Of a stretch of DNA of 57,368 bases, positions 18,421 to 28,200 are shown piece after piece. The DNA lies in the IMG/VR virus record IMGVR_UViG_3300044993_000663, positions 1 to 57,368 of that record; one strand, written 5' to 3'. This DNA comes from a virus (taxonomy: Duplodnaviria; Caudoviricetes). Numbering within the stretch: position 1 is the first letter of the stretch; every line of letters starts with the position of its first letter. The translations under genes were made by a program, and so were the position numbers. The notes under the pieces are model-generated. The model was not told the DNA's origin. It saw nothing but the letters and a program-made list of their open reading frames with translations, and did not search any database.

Positions 18421-20033
18421 ATTCGACGCTCGCCGCGCTCCTCGGTTCCCGCGGCTGACGTTCGTGGTACGAAGGGATTGCGTTGCTCCTGACGGAGGAT
18501 TGGAACCGGCCCACCCGAATCCTGAGGCAACGGCTCGGGTTCTTGGCTGCTCGCCCGCCTCGCCCTGGCCCGTGACCATTCCCTCAGCTGGGTGATCTGG
18601 TCGCGCATCGTGCGGGAGAGAGGGAATGTTGCCTTGATCGCGCGGGCAATGTGCTCGGTGGTGACCTCCTTCCCTTCGGCGAAGGACTCGAACAGGGCCT
18701 CCCGGACCGCTTCTTCGAGCTCCGCGCCCGAGAAGCCAAGCGAGTCCTGGGCAAGCCGGTCCAGTTCGAAGTCCTTTGGGGCTCGCTTTTTCTTGGACAG
18801 GTGAATCGAGAGGATCTCCTTGCGGGCGTCCGCGGTGGGCAGATCGACGAAGAAGATCTCGTCGAATCGCCCCTTCCGCAGCAGTTCGGGGGGCAGCGCT
18901 TCGATGCGATTCGCTGTGGCGACGGTGAACACGGGCGCGGTCTTCTCTTGCATCCACGTCAGCAGCGTGCCGCCCACGCGAGCGGAAACCCCCGCGTCGA
19001 GCTGATCCGAACTGCCCATCCCAGAAAGGCCCTTCTCAATCTCGTCGATCCACAACACACACGGAGCCAACGCTTCAGCGACCTGGAGCGCAAGCCGCAT
19101 GTTGCCTTCGGACTGCCCGACGACCCCGCCGAACACGCGGCCCAGATCGAACCTCAGCAATGGGAACTGCCATGCGGCTGCAACCGACTTAGCAATCAGC
19201 GACTTGCCACAGCCTTGAATGCCGAGCAGTACGATCCCACGCGGCGGCTCGAGCCCATGCTCGCGAGCGCCGTGCCCGAAGCCGCGTCCGCGTCGATCCA
19301 GCCATGCCTTGAGATTGTCCAAGCCACCGACATCTCGCATCGTGGCGTTCGGCTCGAAGTATTCCAACACGCCGCTCTGCTTGATGACCCGCGACTTCTC
19401 CTGCGCAACCAGCGGGATGGCTTCCGGCCCCAGCCGACCCTTCTCGTGCGCTGCACGAGCAAAGGCCAGACGCGCTTCCATGACGGTCAAGCCCCTCGCC
19501 GCTTCGAGCAGAGACTCGACGGGATCACACTCGACTGCCTGCTCCTGCGCGACGCTGAGGCAGACTTCCTTCAAGTCCTCCTGGTCAGGTAAGGGCACGT
19601 CAAGGGCCGGAATCTCCTTCACGGTCTCGGGGGGTAGACCCGGAACGGGACCAGAGAGGATGAGCAGCTTGCGCGGCGAGCCACGGAGCCGCGCTGCTTC
19701 TCGTAGCCATCGGGCCACTTCATGCCGGCGATCCGACGCGAGGTAGAAGTAGTGTGCGTCCTCCATGAGGAGTATGGCCGGCTTCTTATCCTCGCAGTGC
19801 GATTTGAGCACTTCTTGGGGGTCGGTCTGACTCGGGTCAGGTTGGCCAACCTGAGCCACCTCATCGAGGTCCGCCACTCCGCGCGAAAGGCTCCAGACGC
19901 GAGCCGGAATGCCAAGATCTCGTGACAGGCCCGCGACGAAACCCCGCACCCGCTCCCATTCATGCGAGACAATCTGGATGGCAGCCGCATCTGATTGCGC
20001 GAGGGCGAGCAACTCCTGATAGAACTTGGGCAT
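18417..20033 (-). CDS. Ycf46-like AAA+ ATPase
   Basis: DVGGLDNLKAWL, GIQGCGKS, LWIDEIEK, LPPELLRKGRFDEIFFVDLP, GFSGAELE. Confidence 0.9.
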   Translation of the reverse strand: MPKFYQELLALAQSDAAAIQIVSHEWERVRGFVAGLSRDLGIPARVWSLSRGVADLDEVAQVGQPDPSQTDPQEVLKSHCEDKKPAILLMEDAHYFYLASDRRHEVARWLREAARLRGSPRKLLILSGPVPGLPPETVKEIPALDVPLPDQEDLKEVCLSVAQEQAVECDPVESLLEAARGLTVMEARLAFARAAHEKGRLGPEAIPLVAQEKSRVIKQSGVLEYFEPNATMRDVGGLDNLKAWLDRRGRGFGHGAREHGLEPPRGIVLLGIQGCGKSLIAKSVAAAWQFPLLRFDLGRVFGGVVGQSEGNMRLALQVAEALAPCVLWIDEIEKGLSGMGSSDQLDAGVSARVGGTLLTWMQEKTAPVFTVATANRIEALPPELLRKGRFDEIFFVDLPTADARKEILSIHLSKKKRAPKDFELDRLAQDSLGFSGAELEEAVREALFESFAEGKEVTTEHIARAIKATFPLSRTMRDQITQLREWSRARARRASSQEPEPLPQDSGGPVPILRQEQRNPFVPRTSAAGTEERGERRM

Positions 20034-20180
20034 GGTGCGATTGTACGAGTCGATGCGATTCCCAACCTGACCGGCGCGGAGACCATCGGCCGAGCAGCCG
20101 CGGACGCTCTCAGCCTCTCTCTTCCGAGTCGTCTCCCATCAAGAAGCCCACCCCCGATCGGAACCCCGCGTCAAATCGGC

Positions 20181-20192
20181 GTTAGCGCTAAC
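20181..20192. promoter_or_regulatory. Perfect 12-bp palindrome GTTAGCGCTAAC, candidate operator
   Basis: About 150 bp upstream of the AAA operon start. Confidence 0.3.
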
Positions 20193-20381
20193 CGAGAGTC
20201 GGAGAGAGTTTGAGAGGTTCGACCGAGAGGGCGACGCGAACGCCGGGGGTTCTCGTCGCGGCCCGACCGGGCGGCCGCAAACCGAGAGCACGGCGGCCAG
20301 ACCCACCCAGCGTTTGACCCCGGATTCTCCGTCGTTTCCGCCATCCCGCCCGGACTCCGCAAACCGGCCGATCCGTAAAGC

Positions 20382-20408
20382 AAAACCGGCCCGCTTTCGC
20401 GGGCCGGT
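20382..20408 (-). terminator. Rho-independent terminator-like hairpin
   Basis: Perfect 10-bp stem ACCGGCCCGC-GAAA-GCGGGCCGGT followed by TTT on the minus strand. Confidence 0.55.
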
Positions 20409-20430
20409 CAGAAGCTCCCTGTTCGGAACC

Positions 20431-20454
20431 GTTTCAAACCCACTCTCTCGGCCT
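20431..20454 (+). other. Degenerate tRNA 3'-end-like sequence, candidate att site
   Basis: GTTTCAAACCCACTCTCTCGGCC resembles the T-loop/acceptor end of tRNA-Ser (GTTCRAATCCCxCTCTCTCCGCCA); no full cloverleaf. Confidence 0.35.
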
Positions 20455-20600
20455 CGGCACCCCTCATTCGGGATGATCCTCGTGGTTAACAGGGCTGGCG
20501 CTATCAGGAACGCGGTTGGCGGCGGGTCACCGGCGTCCGCCGCGGGGCTCGGCACGCGGCGGATGCCGCCCGCTCCCCTCCCCGTTCGGCCTGGGGCCGG

Positions 20601-21916
20601 TGTGCAAATACTCCGTCCCGCCCTCTCGGGGCGTTAACCGCGTGCACCTCGAAGAACTCCGACCTTCCGGTTAGCAGGTCGAGAGCGCCGCGCGAGCGCA
20701 CCGGCCTCGCACAAAGGGGGGCGGCTGGCCGGGCGGGGATGGGCGGGACGGCTTCCATCGCTGGTCCAGTATACAAAAGGAAGGAAGGATGCCCCGCACG
20801 CTCATCAACCGCCTCTTCAGGGTCCTGGCCGGGTCGAGCCGGGATGACCTCCGGCGGCAGGTCCAGTTCCTCAAGGCCGAGAACGAAATCCTCCGCGCCA
20901 GGATCAAGGGGCCGGCGAAAGTGACCAAGGCCGAGCGCTCCCGGCTGGTTCGGCTCGGCAAGCCGCTGGGAAAGGCGATCGGGTCGCTGGTCTCCATCGT
21001 CAAGCCAGAGACCTTCATGAACTGGGTGCGTGAGGCAAGGCAGAAGCCGCAGCGGAAGTCGACCGCGAAGAAGAAGCCAGGTCGGCCGCGGACAGCCGAC
21101 GAGGTCCGCGCGATCGTCCTGCGGATCGCGCGCGAGACCGGCTTCGGCTACACGCGCATCCTCGGCGAGTTGAAGAAGCTGGGGATCGCCGGGGTCTCGC
21201 GGTCCACGGTCGTCAACATCCTCAAGGAAGCCGGGCTTCCCACCGGGCCGCAGCGCGGCGAGCGCACCTGGGACGAGTTCCTCACAGCCCACGCCAAGAC
21301 GCTCTGGGCCTGCGACTTCCTCACGATGCGCGTGCTGACGGCCAAGGGTCTCAAGTACGTCTTCGCGCTGGTCTTCGTGCATCCCAGGACGCGCCGGGCG
21401 CACATCTCGGCCAGCACGACCAAGCCTGATGCGGCGTGGTTCACGGAGGTCGTTCGACGGTTCACCGCTTCGATACCCAAGGGGATGGTCCGGCCCAGAA
21501 TCATGCTCCGCGACCGCGACGACAAGTTCCGAGTTGGGAACGGCGCCTTCGGCCAAGCGTTGGCTCGGGCCGGGGTCACGACCATGCAGCTGCCGCATCG
21601 GTCGCCGAACCTCAATGCATAATCCAGAGCATCGAGGTCGAGTGTCTCGACCACTTCATCGTGCTCGGCACGCGGCACATGGACCACCTGCTGTCCGAGT
21701 ACATGGACTACCACAACCGGGAGCGGCCGCATATGTCGCTCGGCTTCGCTGCGCCGATGGGCCGACCGCCCTCGATCCGCGCCGGGCCGGTCGCACCGCG
21801 CGAGGTCCGCTGCAAGGAGCGGCTCGGCGGCGTCCTCAGGCACTACTACCGGAAGGCCGCGTGACACATTTTGCCTCTGAAATCCCGCGTGGATCGAGCG
21901 ACGGAATACTTGTACA
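20601..21916 (+). mobile_element. IS element with rve-type transposase (IS481-like TGT...ACA ends)
   Basis: Imperfect inverted repeats TGTGCAAATACTCCGTC (20601-20617) and GACGGAATACTTGTACA (21900-21916); no clear target duplication. Confidence 0.7.
20789..21864 (+). pseudogene. Frameshifted integrase-core transposase
   Basis: WACDF, LRDRDDKF, SPNLNA then stop at 21622; continues in another frame (IQSIEVECLDHF...YHNRERPH...ERLGGVLRHYYRKAA); the usual AER segment appears deleted. Confidence 0.8.
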
Positions 21917-21946
21917 GGACGCCTTTCTGATTGCGGCATCGATATA

Positions 21947-22243
21947 GTGGCTTCAACGCGTTCTGCGGTAACTACTCACGTGCTCTGGATAGTCGTGGGC
22001 ACCGATTGCATCGGCGTTACCGCTGAGCATCCGTTCTACGTCGCGGATCAGGGATGGACACCGGCACGTAAACTACAGGTCGGTGATCGCCTCGTTACAC
22101 GGTCGCTCGAATCTATCGCCATCAGATCCATTACCGCTACAGATTCCTCGCAGTCGGTGCGAGTTACAACGTTGAGCGTTGAGTCGATGCATACCTACTT
22201 TGTCGGCTCGCAAGAGATTCTTGTGCATAACAAGCCGCCGTGA
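21947..22243 (+). pseudogene. 5'-truncated Hint (intein-like) domain
   Basis: VTAEHPFYV...GW...LQVGDRL...HTYFVG...LVHNKPP; N-terminal Cys block missing, cut by IS end. Confidence 0.75.
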
Positions 22244-22258
22244 TTAGGAGGCACCATC

Positions 22259-22684
22259 ATGACACATCAACGAATGATCGGCGTCGCGGCAGCGATAGCA
22301 GCGTGCGCCTTGCTTGTGGCCGTCGCTTGGTGGAGCCAGCACCGGCCGGCCGAATCTAATTCGGTAAAGGAGCAGCTGTACTTGCGTTCGCGGGCGCACG
22401 ATGCGTTTCGAATCATCGAACTGGACCGCGATCGACAGATAGCAACCGCCGATCAATTTCTCTCTGCATGGATTCGAGAGGCGGGCTCTGCCGCGAAATC
22501 GCCTATATCTGGCGCAACTATCCGATTGAATCCTGACGTTGAACTCTGGAGGAACCCTGACACTGCCCCAAAAGCAATCGCAATTATTAGCCTTGACCCG
22601 CACCGTCAACGCAAAATCGCCGTCACAATGGAACTGAGCGTCGTTGAAGTTAGTGGTTCTGAGCTTCCAGCATGGGCTAAGTAG
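22259..22684 (+). CDS. Hypothetical membrane-anchored/exported protein
   Basis: AGGAGG RBS, N-terminal hydrophobic helix, follows the Hint remnant. Confidence 0.65.
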   Translation: MTHQRMIGVAAAIAACALLVAVAWWSQHRPAESNSVKEQLYLRSRAHDAFRIIELDRDRQIATADQFLSAWIREAGSAAKSPISGATIRLNPDVELWRNPDTAPKAIAIISLDPHRQRKIAVTMELSVVEVSGSELPAWAK

Positions 22685-22691
22685 CGAGCGA

Positions 22692-23091
22692 TGCGCTTGT
22701 ACCCGAAGCTGTGCCAACTGCAGGGTGAGCTTCTTCGCTTCAACCGGCCAGGCTAGCCTGGCCGGTTGAAGCAGCGAACTCCCTGGGGGCCAGGTTGCCC
22801 AGGGCGCTGTGGGGTCGTTCCTCATTGTAATGCCGACGCCAGGCCTCGACTTTCTCCCTTGCGTCGTCCAGACTCATGAACCAGTTCTCGTTCAGGCACT
22901 CGGCCCGCAACCTCCCGTTGAACGCCTCGATGAGCCCGTTGTCCGTGGGCTTTCCACGCCGGCTGAAGTCCAGCCGGACATGGTTCAAGTATGCCCACTG
23001 ATCCAGCACCCGGCCGGTAAACTCGCTCCCGTTGTCGACCCGGATCTTCTCCGGCAGCCCGCGCTCGCGTCCGATCCGGTCCAGGATCGCC
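22692..23091 (-). pseudogene. IS3-family transposase 3' remnant with terminal end, interrupted by IS256
   Basis: PEKIRVDNGSEF, GKPTDNGLIEAFNGRLRAECLN, YNEERPHSALG; stop at 22740; end ...GGGTACAAGCGCA. Confidence 0.85.
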
Positions 23092-23092
23092 G

Positions 23093-24069
23093 GGTAACGT
23101 CCTGACAACTGCGCACTTTTGAAAAAGCGGTTCTCCCGCCGGAAGGTGGAGTTGTGAAGACCCACTTCCAGAAAAGGAGAACCGCATGGAGAGCGTATCG
23201 ATCGGCGGGAGCCCTTCAAGGCCACTCTCGGAGGAAGCCGTCACGGGGACGCAGAGCGGGATCGGCAGCGCCGGGATGATCGGGAGCCCATCAAATCCGC
23301 CTTCGGAGAGAGCCGTCACTGGGACGCAGGGTGAGCCCGCGGCCGCGGGAAGCCCGGAGGCGAAGGGGCCCGGGATCTCGGAGCCGTCGGAGCTGAAGGC
23401 CGCGCTGATGATCGACACGGAGAAGGTGAGGAGCCACTTGGACGAGGTGGTGCGGAGCACGGTGCAGGAGACGCTCAATCAACTCCTGGACGCCGAGGCC
23501 GACCGCGTGGCGGGCGCCGGTCGGTACGAGCGCTCGGAGAGCCGCAAGGACACCCGGGCGGGCACGTACGAGCGCAAACTGCAGACCAAGGCCGGCGAGG
23601 TGACGCTGACGGTGCCGCGTTTGCGGAAGCTTCCCCTCGAGACCGCCATCATCGAGCGGTACAAGCGGCGGGAATCCTCGGTCGAAGAGGCCCTGATCGA
23701 GATGTACCTGGCGGGCGTGAGCATGCGCCGGGTGGAGGACATCACCGAGGCCCTGTGGGGCACGCGGGTCAGCGCCAGCGCGGTGAGCGACATGGCCCAG
23801 AAGGTGTACGGGAAGATCGAGGCCTGGCGGATACGCCCGCTCACGGGGGAGTACGCCTATGTGTACCTCGACGGCATCTGGCTGAAGCGCTCCTGGGGCG
23901 GGGAGGTGAAGAACGTGGCCGTGCTGATCGCCATCGGGGTGGACAGCGAGGGCTACCGGGAGGTGCTGGGCGTGGCCGAGGGCACGAAGGAGGACGCGGA
24001 ATCCTGGCGGACCTTCCTGCGGCACCTGAAGGAGCGCGGCCTGAAGGGAGTCAGGCTGTTCATCACGGA
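23093..24069 (+). mobile_element. Truncated IS256-family element (transposase from 23186, 3' part deleted)
   Basis: Left end GGTAACGTCC...GCGCACTTTT; RYKRRESSVEEALIEMYLAGVS, YVYLDGIWLK, GYREVLG, GVRLFITD, then abruptly joined to Rhs duplicate. Confidence 0.88.
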
Positions 24070-24456
24070 CAGCCGACCGAAGGGGTCATAGATGTACTTG
24101 AACGCCTCGCCGTCGTCGGTCATGTTGCCGACGCGGTCGTGCGTCGGCGTCTTGATCTGCTGGCCGTTGGACCAGAGGTCGCGCTGCGTGACCTCGTTGG
24201 CGGCGTTGAAGGTGCCCGTCTCGTCGAGGTCGCCGCTGTCGGTGAAGACGTTGTTGCCGTTCCTGTCGAGCTTGTGGTTGGCCCAGTTGCCCGTCTGGGT
24301 CAGCGTCCAGATCTCCTGGCGCGTGCGGTTGATGATGGCGCTGCCGGACCAGGTGCCCTCCTCGGCCTTGGTCAGGCGGTCCAGCCCATCCATCGTGAAG
24401 TCGACGTCGTGACCGGAGAGCACCTGGTCCACGATCCGGTCCACGTTGGAGTTGTA
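24070..24456 (-). repeat. 387-bp near-identical copy of Rhs core segment 26502-26888
   Basis: Offset 2432; identical ORFs 24092-24412 and 26524-26844; one mismatch seen at 24426/26858. Confidence 0.92.
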
Positions 24457-24737
24457 ATCGAGCGACGGAACATTTGCACCGGACGCCTGCTGGCGGAGTA
24501 CATCGAGTACCACAATCGGGAGCGACCGCACATGTCCCTCGACTTCGCCACGCCGATGGGGCAGATGCCGCCGGCCCGCGCCGGGCCGGTCGAACCTCGC
24601 GAGGTCCGCTGCCGCGAGCGACTTGGCGGCGTGATCAAGCACTACTACCGGAACGCTGCGTGACACGGATTACCCCTGAACACACGCCTGAAATCACGCA
24701 CGGAATAATTGCACAGGACGATATTTGTACAGGACGG
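24457..24737 (+). mobile_element. Remnants of the IS481-like element: right end, transposase C-terminus, two more right ends
   Basis: End motif at 24457-24487, 24700-24720 and 24721-24737; LLAEYIEYHNRERPH...ERLGGVIKHYYRNAA at 24488-24663. Confidence 0.8.
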
Positions 24738-24738
24738 A

Positions 24739-25224
24739 TCAGGGCGCCAGGGCTGCTTGAGTCAGATAGGCCGAGACTCGGTCGGCGTCCTCTCGCGAGC
24801 ATACCAGATCGATGCTGCTGTGCCCGGCGTGGAGAAACAGCACGGGTCGAGGCTGGACCGATGCAATGATACACGCCTCATCGTCATCCGGTCCACTAGG
24901 ATCGCGGAGCTGCATCAGGATGGCCTGTCGATCTCGGATCATATCTTCGCAGCGGAAGACTCCCACTGCCTCGCACCGGTCGAGCAGATCCAGCGACGAA
25001 GACGCTGCCGTCAAGCGCGTTACATGTGATGCGTCTGGCGCTTCGGAATAGACTCTTAGCATTGCGGCGCACGGCTGCGGCGCGACAAGGCGCCCGACCT
25101 GGTCAAGCAGGGTCGCCAATGACGAGGCCGTGCTGCTGATGCGCAGCAGCCACCGCATGGGCAAGCCATCAACCGCGTATGGCGGACCAACCACTTGGAC
25201 GAGCGTGTTAGTGTTCTGGGTCAT
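24739..25224 (-). CDS. Putative Rhs immunity protein
   Basis: 161-aa ORF starting 2 bp after the Rhs stop, same strand. Confidence 0.65.
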   Translation of the reverse strand: MTQNTNTLVQVVGPPYAVDGLPMRWLLRISSTASSLATLLDQVGRLVAPQPCAAMLRVYSEAPDASHVTRLTAASSSLDLLDRCEAVGVFRCEDMIRDRQAILMQLRDPSGPDDDEACIIASVQPRPVLFLHAGHSSIDLVCSREDADRVSAYLTQAALAP

Positions 25225-25226
25225 CC

Positions 25227-28200
25227 TTACTCGACTCCGAAGAACCAGTCCCGGATTTTCTTAGGAATGATGCCGTCCCACTGAGCCGGCTTGCCGTGAT
25301 GTGGACGATCCCACCTGATCCACTTCCGGATTCGGTCGATGCGGGTAGTCTTAACAATTACGCTTGTCTCCTTCATCGCCCGAAGTGCCTTGCCACCGCA
25401 CGTAACGACGCGCAGCGTGGCTCCGCACGGAGCGGCGATGCTCACAACATCGCAACACAGGACGATAACATCTTGCGTTGGACCCTCATCAATTCCGGGA
25501 ATGTGCTGAGGACCGCCCGTGCAATTCAGCACGCAGTCCGGGCCGATGCAGCGAACGATGGTGTCAATAATCCCCGGAGTGGGCTTCGCAGGTGGGGGTG
25601 GTGGCGGCGGAGTCATGCCGCGTGGGACCAATCCGATTCCAGGAACCCACCGATCACCAGGCGATAGGCCGTCATACGGGTGAAGGCCGAATGGGTCAAC
25701 GAGGCCTGTCGGCAACCCCAGCACGTATTCATACAGATTCACGCTCCCCGCCGCGTACTCCATCGGATCCCGGTTGAGGAACCTCCCCCTGGCCGCGTCA
25801 TACACGCGGTGGCGGGCGTGGTACTTGCGGGTGTACTTGTCCCAGAGGTGGCCGGTGTAGCCGAACCGGTTGCCGGTCACGATCGAGAGGCCGTCCGTCA
25901 CGGTCCAGCCGTTCTTCCAGGCCTCCTCGAAGAGGGCCAGGTCCTTCTCGTTGACGTCCCCGTCACCGTTGAGGTCGCACTTGGGGTCGGCGTTCTCCCA
26001 CGCGGCGGTGTAGGCGTCCAGGTCGTCCTTGGTCACCTTGCCGTCGCCGTCCCAGTCGGCGTCGATGCGCGGGTAGGCGCGCGGCATTCCGTAGGACCAG
26101 TACTTGACGCGCTCCAGCACCGTGCCGCCGGCGTCCACCAGGGCCGACACGTCGTGGTGGGCGTTCTGACAGTAGTAGACACGTTCCTCGAGCGTGGGCG
26201 GGCCGGTCACGTCGCGGTCGCGCAGGATAATGTCGTCGATGTAGGAGGCCCCGCCCAGGCCGTCCAGCCCGGCGTTGTGGCGGACGTACCGCTCCTTGAT
26301 GACCGTGGATGTGCCCGCGGAGTTGGTGATGTACACCGCGACGATCCGCCAGCGGGCGTCGTACACGTACCGTTCGGTGGGCTCGTCGGTGAGGCTGCCG
26401 TTGCCGTTGGTGTCGGAGCGGGCGGCGATGAGCTGGCCCAAGCCGTCGTAGGTGTACTGCGCGACCACGAGCGAGGGGTTCGTGCGCTTGACCACCTTCG
26501 TCAGCCGACCGAAGGGGTCATAGATGTACTTGAACGCCTCGCCGTCGTCGGTCATGTTGCCGACGCGGTCGTGCGTCGGCGTCTTGATCTGCTGGCCGTT
26601 GGACCAGAGGTCGCGCTGCGTGACCTCGTTGGCGGCGTTGAAGGTGCCCGTCTCGTCGAGGTCGCCGCTGTCGGTGAAGACGTTGTTGCCGTTCCTGTCG
26701 AGCTTGTGGTTGGCCCAGTTGCCCGTCTGGGTCAGCGTCCAGATCTCCTGGCGCGTGCGGTTGATGATGGCGCTGCCGGACCAGGTGCCCTCCTCGGCCT
26801 TGGTCAGGCGGTCCAGCCCATCCATCGTGAAGTCGACGTCGTGACCGGAGAGCACCTCGTCCACGATCCGGTCCACGTTGGAGTTGTAGTCGTAGGTGAT
26901 CTTCTCGTGCCAGATCTCCGAGGCGCCCACCTTGCTGGCCCACGTGTCCGCGATCGGGCGGTCGAAGGCGTCCAGGCCGGGATACTGGCCGAGCGTGGCG
27001 TTGAAGCGTTCGCTGACGATCCCCGGCTGGGGGTACTCGACGCCCACGAGCTGACCCTCGCCGAGGTACTCGTACTTGGCGACGGGCGTGGGCGTGCTGC
27101 CCACCGTGACGCGGCGCACGCGGCTGAACTGGTCGTTGACAATCGAAGCGGCTTCGGGGCTGCCGCCGCCGACGAGGTAGTCAAAGCCCACGGGCGTGCC
27201 GTCGGGCAGTGTGATGCCCGTGCGGCGGACGGTCTGCCGAGTTCCCGCGGCGGCGGCCTTGGCGTAGGCGAATGCGACCTCGTACAGGTGCGTGCCGCCG
27301 ATGGCGGAGTCGTGGTCCTGCTGGGTCTTGAGGACATTCCCCCACCCATCGTAGAGGAACTTCACCTGGTTGAGGACCGCGTAGGAGGCGTCCTTCTGGG
27401 TGACGGTCTGGAGCTGGCCCAGGGCGTTGTAGGAGGTCAGGATGGACTTGACCGATGAGTCGAAGTCGGTGGCGTAGGTCGCCACGTACCGTTCGGCGAT
27501 CCGGAACGCCTCGTCGTACTCGAACGCGATCACATTCCCGGCCTGGTCGGTCATCTGCTTGACGCGGCCCTGGCGGTTGTAGAGCATCGTGACCACGTCG
27601 GTCGCGTCGGCTTTGTCGGGGTATTCCACCTTGGAGAGCAGGTGGCCCGTGGCCACCTCGCTTGGGTCGAAGCCCAGGGTGTTGGTGCCGTAGGTGTAGG
27701 TCGTGACCTGGTCCGTGCCACCCGGAACGCGGGCGATCTGCTGGGTCAGCAGCGTGTTGGTGTAGACGTACTCGGTGGTTCGGTCTTCATCGTTCGGCCC
27801 GGGCGAGCCGTCCACGTAGTTCTCGACGCTCTTGATGGTGCGGCCCGCGTGGTCGTAGGTGTAGCGCGTGTAGCGCCCCATCGCGTCGCGCAAGTCGAGG
27901 AGTGATCCCGCTGTGTCGTACGAGTACTTCGTGACCAGCGCGGAGCCGGATGACGCGGTCGGCTCGCTCAGGCCCGTTCTGTCGAATGTTGACCCGCCGT
28001 TGGTGCCGTATCGGGCGACGGTGATGACGCGGTCGAGCGCGTCGTACCAGCGGGCTTCGATCTGCGCCCGTCCTTTCAGATCGGCTGCGGTGAGCTTCAT
28101 CAGGCTCGGCGTGCCCCCGTCCTGGTTCAGGTCGAGAGGCCCGGTCGTCATGCTCCCGCCCCGTCGGTAGTCGTCGGCGTGGTACCTGCTGATGGCGACG

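Noticed and set aside
18421-18957. N-terminal extensions in the ORF track (helicase from 18957; also capsid 53676, Rhs 31895, methyltransferase 43660)
   Set aside because: They overlap upstream genes or intergenic DNA; downstream starts with RBS, signal peptide or stop/start coupling fit better
20400-20470. Intact tRNA gene
   Set aside because: Only a degenerate 3' fragment; no D arm, anticodon arm or CCA
23755-24666. ORFs 23755-24663 (+) and 23953-24666 (-)
   Set aside because: Chance read-through across IS256, Rhs duplicate and IS remnant junctions
21893-24737. Repeated end motifs as a CRISPR array or integron attC sites
   Set aside because: Irregular spacing, no cas or integron integrase, and they match the IS inverted repeat
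24070-26888. Rhs duplicate as a DGR template/variable repeat pair
   Set aside because: No reverse transcriptase in the window, and the single mismatch is G/C, not adenine-specific
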